From an uncultured Desulfosarcina sp. (GTDB lineage: Bacteria; Desulfobacterota; Desulfobacteria; Desulfobacterales; Desulfosarcinaceae), in the NCBI GenBank assembly GCA_963674945.2, contig CAXXWQ010000004.1, positions 736,001 through 800,000 of the forward strand: a stretch of DNA of 64,000 nucleotides, in the 5' to 3' direction. A program made the position numbers and the translations under genes. The notes beneath the pieces were generated by a model that was given only the letters and a program-made list of their open reading frames with translations, was not told the DNA's origin and ran no database searches. How positions within the stretch are numbered: position 1 is the stretch's first letter; every line of letters begins with the position of its first letter. Below are positions 62,330-64,000 of this stretch, piece after piece.

Positions 62330-63043
62330 ATGGATCATTTATCCAAACATCTGAACGAAACCGCAGAACGAGTGGCCTACCAGGCCGTCGAAGCTGCTAT
62401 CATCGAGTATTTTCAGGTACGAGACTGTATTGTCAATTTTGATACCCAATGTGCCTGTATCCTGTTCGATCCGTTCGTTCATAAAAAATGGATCGGTAGG
62501 TTCAATGGACATGTCGATACCTTTGGTTCAACTGAAATTCCCCTTTCGGTTCCTCTGAAACTATTACCTCCCCAAATCAGGCAAATGACACGGCCTATCT
62601 TGGAACATCTTATGGCGGGACAGGAGGTTCTGGCATCGTATCTCAAGTGGAAACCACTTGAACGCAAGATTGTACCAGGGACATTCACCGAGGAGCACCA
62701 GAATCACTATAAGATTAGTTTAAAGGGAGAAACAGGTATATTGAATCACCGGGATGGAATCAAAAGCGAAAACTATTCACTCGGCGAAACCCACCTCTTC
62801 CATGTTAAGCGAGTGCGGATGGGAAATGAACATGTCCGGATTCATCTCTCGAGAAGGTCCAAAACAATACAGGAGTATGTGCTCACGAGAGAATTCCCCA
62901 AGTACAAGTTCAAATGTTATCGGCGTTTGCCGGGTATCAAATCCTGGATTCGAACAACGGCGCCCCGTTATCGATGGGGCTTGTTTCTTTCCAAGGAGAT
63001 TCGCAAATCCCTGGCATGGGAATACCTTCAGTTTTTTTCTTGA
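62330..63043 (+). CDS. Truncated NusA-like protein (NTD, S1, partial KH)
   Basis: AVEAAI, KIVPGT, GILNHRDGIKSENYSLGE, IHLSRRS, EFP and RLPGIKS parallel the corresponding NusA segments. Confidence 0.6.
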   Translation: MDHLSKHLNETAERVAYQAVEAAIIEYFQVRDCIVNFDTQCACILFDPFVHKKWIGRFNGHVDTFGSTEIPLSVPLKLLPPQIRQMTRPILEHLMAGQEVLASYLKWKPLERKIVPGTFTEEHQNHYKISLKGETGILNHRDGIKSENYSLGETHLFHVKRVRMGNEHVRIHLSRRSKTIQEYVLTREFPKYKFKCYRRLPGIKSWIRTTAPRYRWGLFLSKEIRKSLAWEYLQFFS

Positions 63044-63059
63044 GAAAAAGGAGTCTGCT

Positions 63060-63425
63060 ATGACGGAAACACAAAAAGATGCCAAAAAAGGCCCGGCAAA
63101 AGGAAGGGATTATTTTATTGAAATGGCCAAGCATCCACGTTCCCGGGTCATCATGGCCAACACCTCGGACACGTATATGATGGCCGACATAACCCGCCAG
63201 GGAGACATCATCATCAGCAGGCTCAGGGACGAATTGATGCGATCGGTTACCATCGAAGATTTTTCCGGCTATATGGATGAATACTATAAAATAATATTCA
63301 GTCTCGAAGACCACCTGCAATTCATTGGGTCCAGAGTAGGCATCGATTATCGTCCATCACGCACCTACAGATCCATGCAAAAAAATAAAGATCAATCATC
63401 GATGACTCCCCTTACGGAATCTTAA
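63060..63425 (+). CDS. Hypothetical protein
   Basis: RBS AAGGAG before ATG 63060; 121 aa. Confidence 0.65.
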   Translation: MTETQKDAKKGPAKGRDYFIEMAKHPRSRVIMANTSDTYMMADITRQGDIIISRLRDELMRSVTIEDFSGYMDEYYKIIFSLEDHLQFIGSRVGIDYRPSRTYRSMQKNKDQSSMTPLTES

Positions 63426-63437
63426 AAAGACCACGGC

Positions 63438-63992
63438 ATGTTTGGATTATTCTCAAGGAAAAAGAAATCCTACATAGCGGGTATTCGAACCATATCCATC
63501 GCAGATCTGGCAACACTGTGGCGCGATTCTGATGAAGTTCTTGCTGATGATGGCAAGGCTTCAGATATTAAACTCGAAGACACACGAGGGGGGAAATCAA
63601 AGGGAAAGGCTGCGGATAATGGCAACGATGCCTGGTTTGATGAAAAACGTTTCTTTCCCGATTTGAAGAAGCGATTAGAGAATTTTCGCACATCGGCGTT
63701 TCGATACAAGGCAAATGCATACTATACCCTCGACACCATTGCCAAGGAATTGAACCAGCAACGCAAGGTTAACAATCTCGAACCTTTGGAGCCCAACGAC
63801 GTCATCGATTTTATCCATTCGAATCAGATTCTTGATAGCGGGAAATACATGTTGCGGTTCGATGTGGGTCTGCCCACCAAAATCTATCTCTACTCTCACC
63901 CCTGTCCCGCAAATGAGAAATCAGTTCGCAATAGCCCCATCGTTGAAAACGGTCGCAGGTTGAAAAGCATAAAACTCATGAAAAAGACCTAA
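63438..63992 (+). CDS. Hypothetical protein
   Basis: 184-aa ORF co-oriented with the ICE genes. Confidence 0.6.
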   Translation: MFGLFSRKKKSYIAGIRTISIADLATLWRDSDEVLADDGKASDIKLEDTRGGKSKGKAADNGNDAWFDEKRFFPDLKKRLENFRTSAFRYKANAYYTLDTIAKELNQQRKVNNLEPLEPNDVIDFIHSNQILDSGKYMLRFDVGLPTKIYLYSHPCPANEKSVRNSPIVENGRRLKSIKLMKKT

Positions 63993-64000
63993 ATTGAGCG

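Larger units (their letters stand above)
42966..64000 (+). mobile_element. Integrative conjugative element with F-type T4SS adjacent to tRNA-Lys, continuing past the window
   Basis: Abrupt change from core genes to rep and tra genes right after the tRNA 3' end. No integrase, relaxase or coupling protein was recognised in the window. Confidence 0.8.

Noticed and set aside
43268..64000. Prophage
   Set aside because: Only the initiator is phage-like. No structural, terminase or lysis genes are present, and the downstream genes are conjugative.

Overview
The window looks like a Desulfobacterales-type deltaproteobacterial chromosome segment (inferred from gene content) and falls into four blocks. 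(1) 1-18.9 kb is an anaerobic catabolic island. It holds an acyl-CoA ligase, an AbfD-like radical dehydratase, a KstD-like flavoprotein, an old-yellow-enzyme reductase, two paralogous glycyl radical enzymes with a non-canonical GCVN Cys loop, one activase, two divergent PanB-fold proteins, a stand-alone trigger-factor C-domain, two SDRs, and MarR and tandem-Lrp regulators. (2) 19-24.3 kb is a large secreted DUF4091/GH123-like gene split by a 2456-bp insertion sequence. (3) 24.3-42.9 kb is mostly core and signalling genes: a c-di-GMP operon, mpl, a sirtuin, a sigma54 activator, an M23 peptidase, hemL, a KptA-like gene and tRNA-Lys(CTT). (4) From about 43 kb to the window end is an integrative conjugative element beside the tRNA. 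It has a phage-type replication initiator with six internal 23-bp iterons and an F-type tra operon. Its traU has an in-frame TGA at the conserved first Cys followed by a SECIS-like hairpin, its traG is split by a second copy of the same IS, and it carries a NusA paralog. The best candidate for an undescribed system is the twin GRE plus twin PanB-like cluster. All family calls come from motif recognition by eye; no searches were run.
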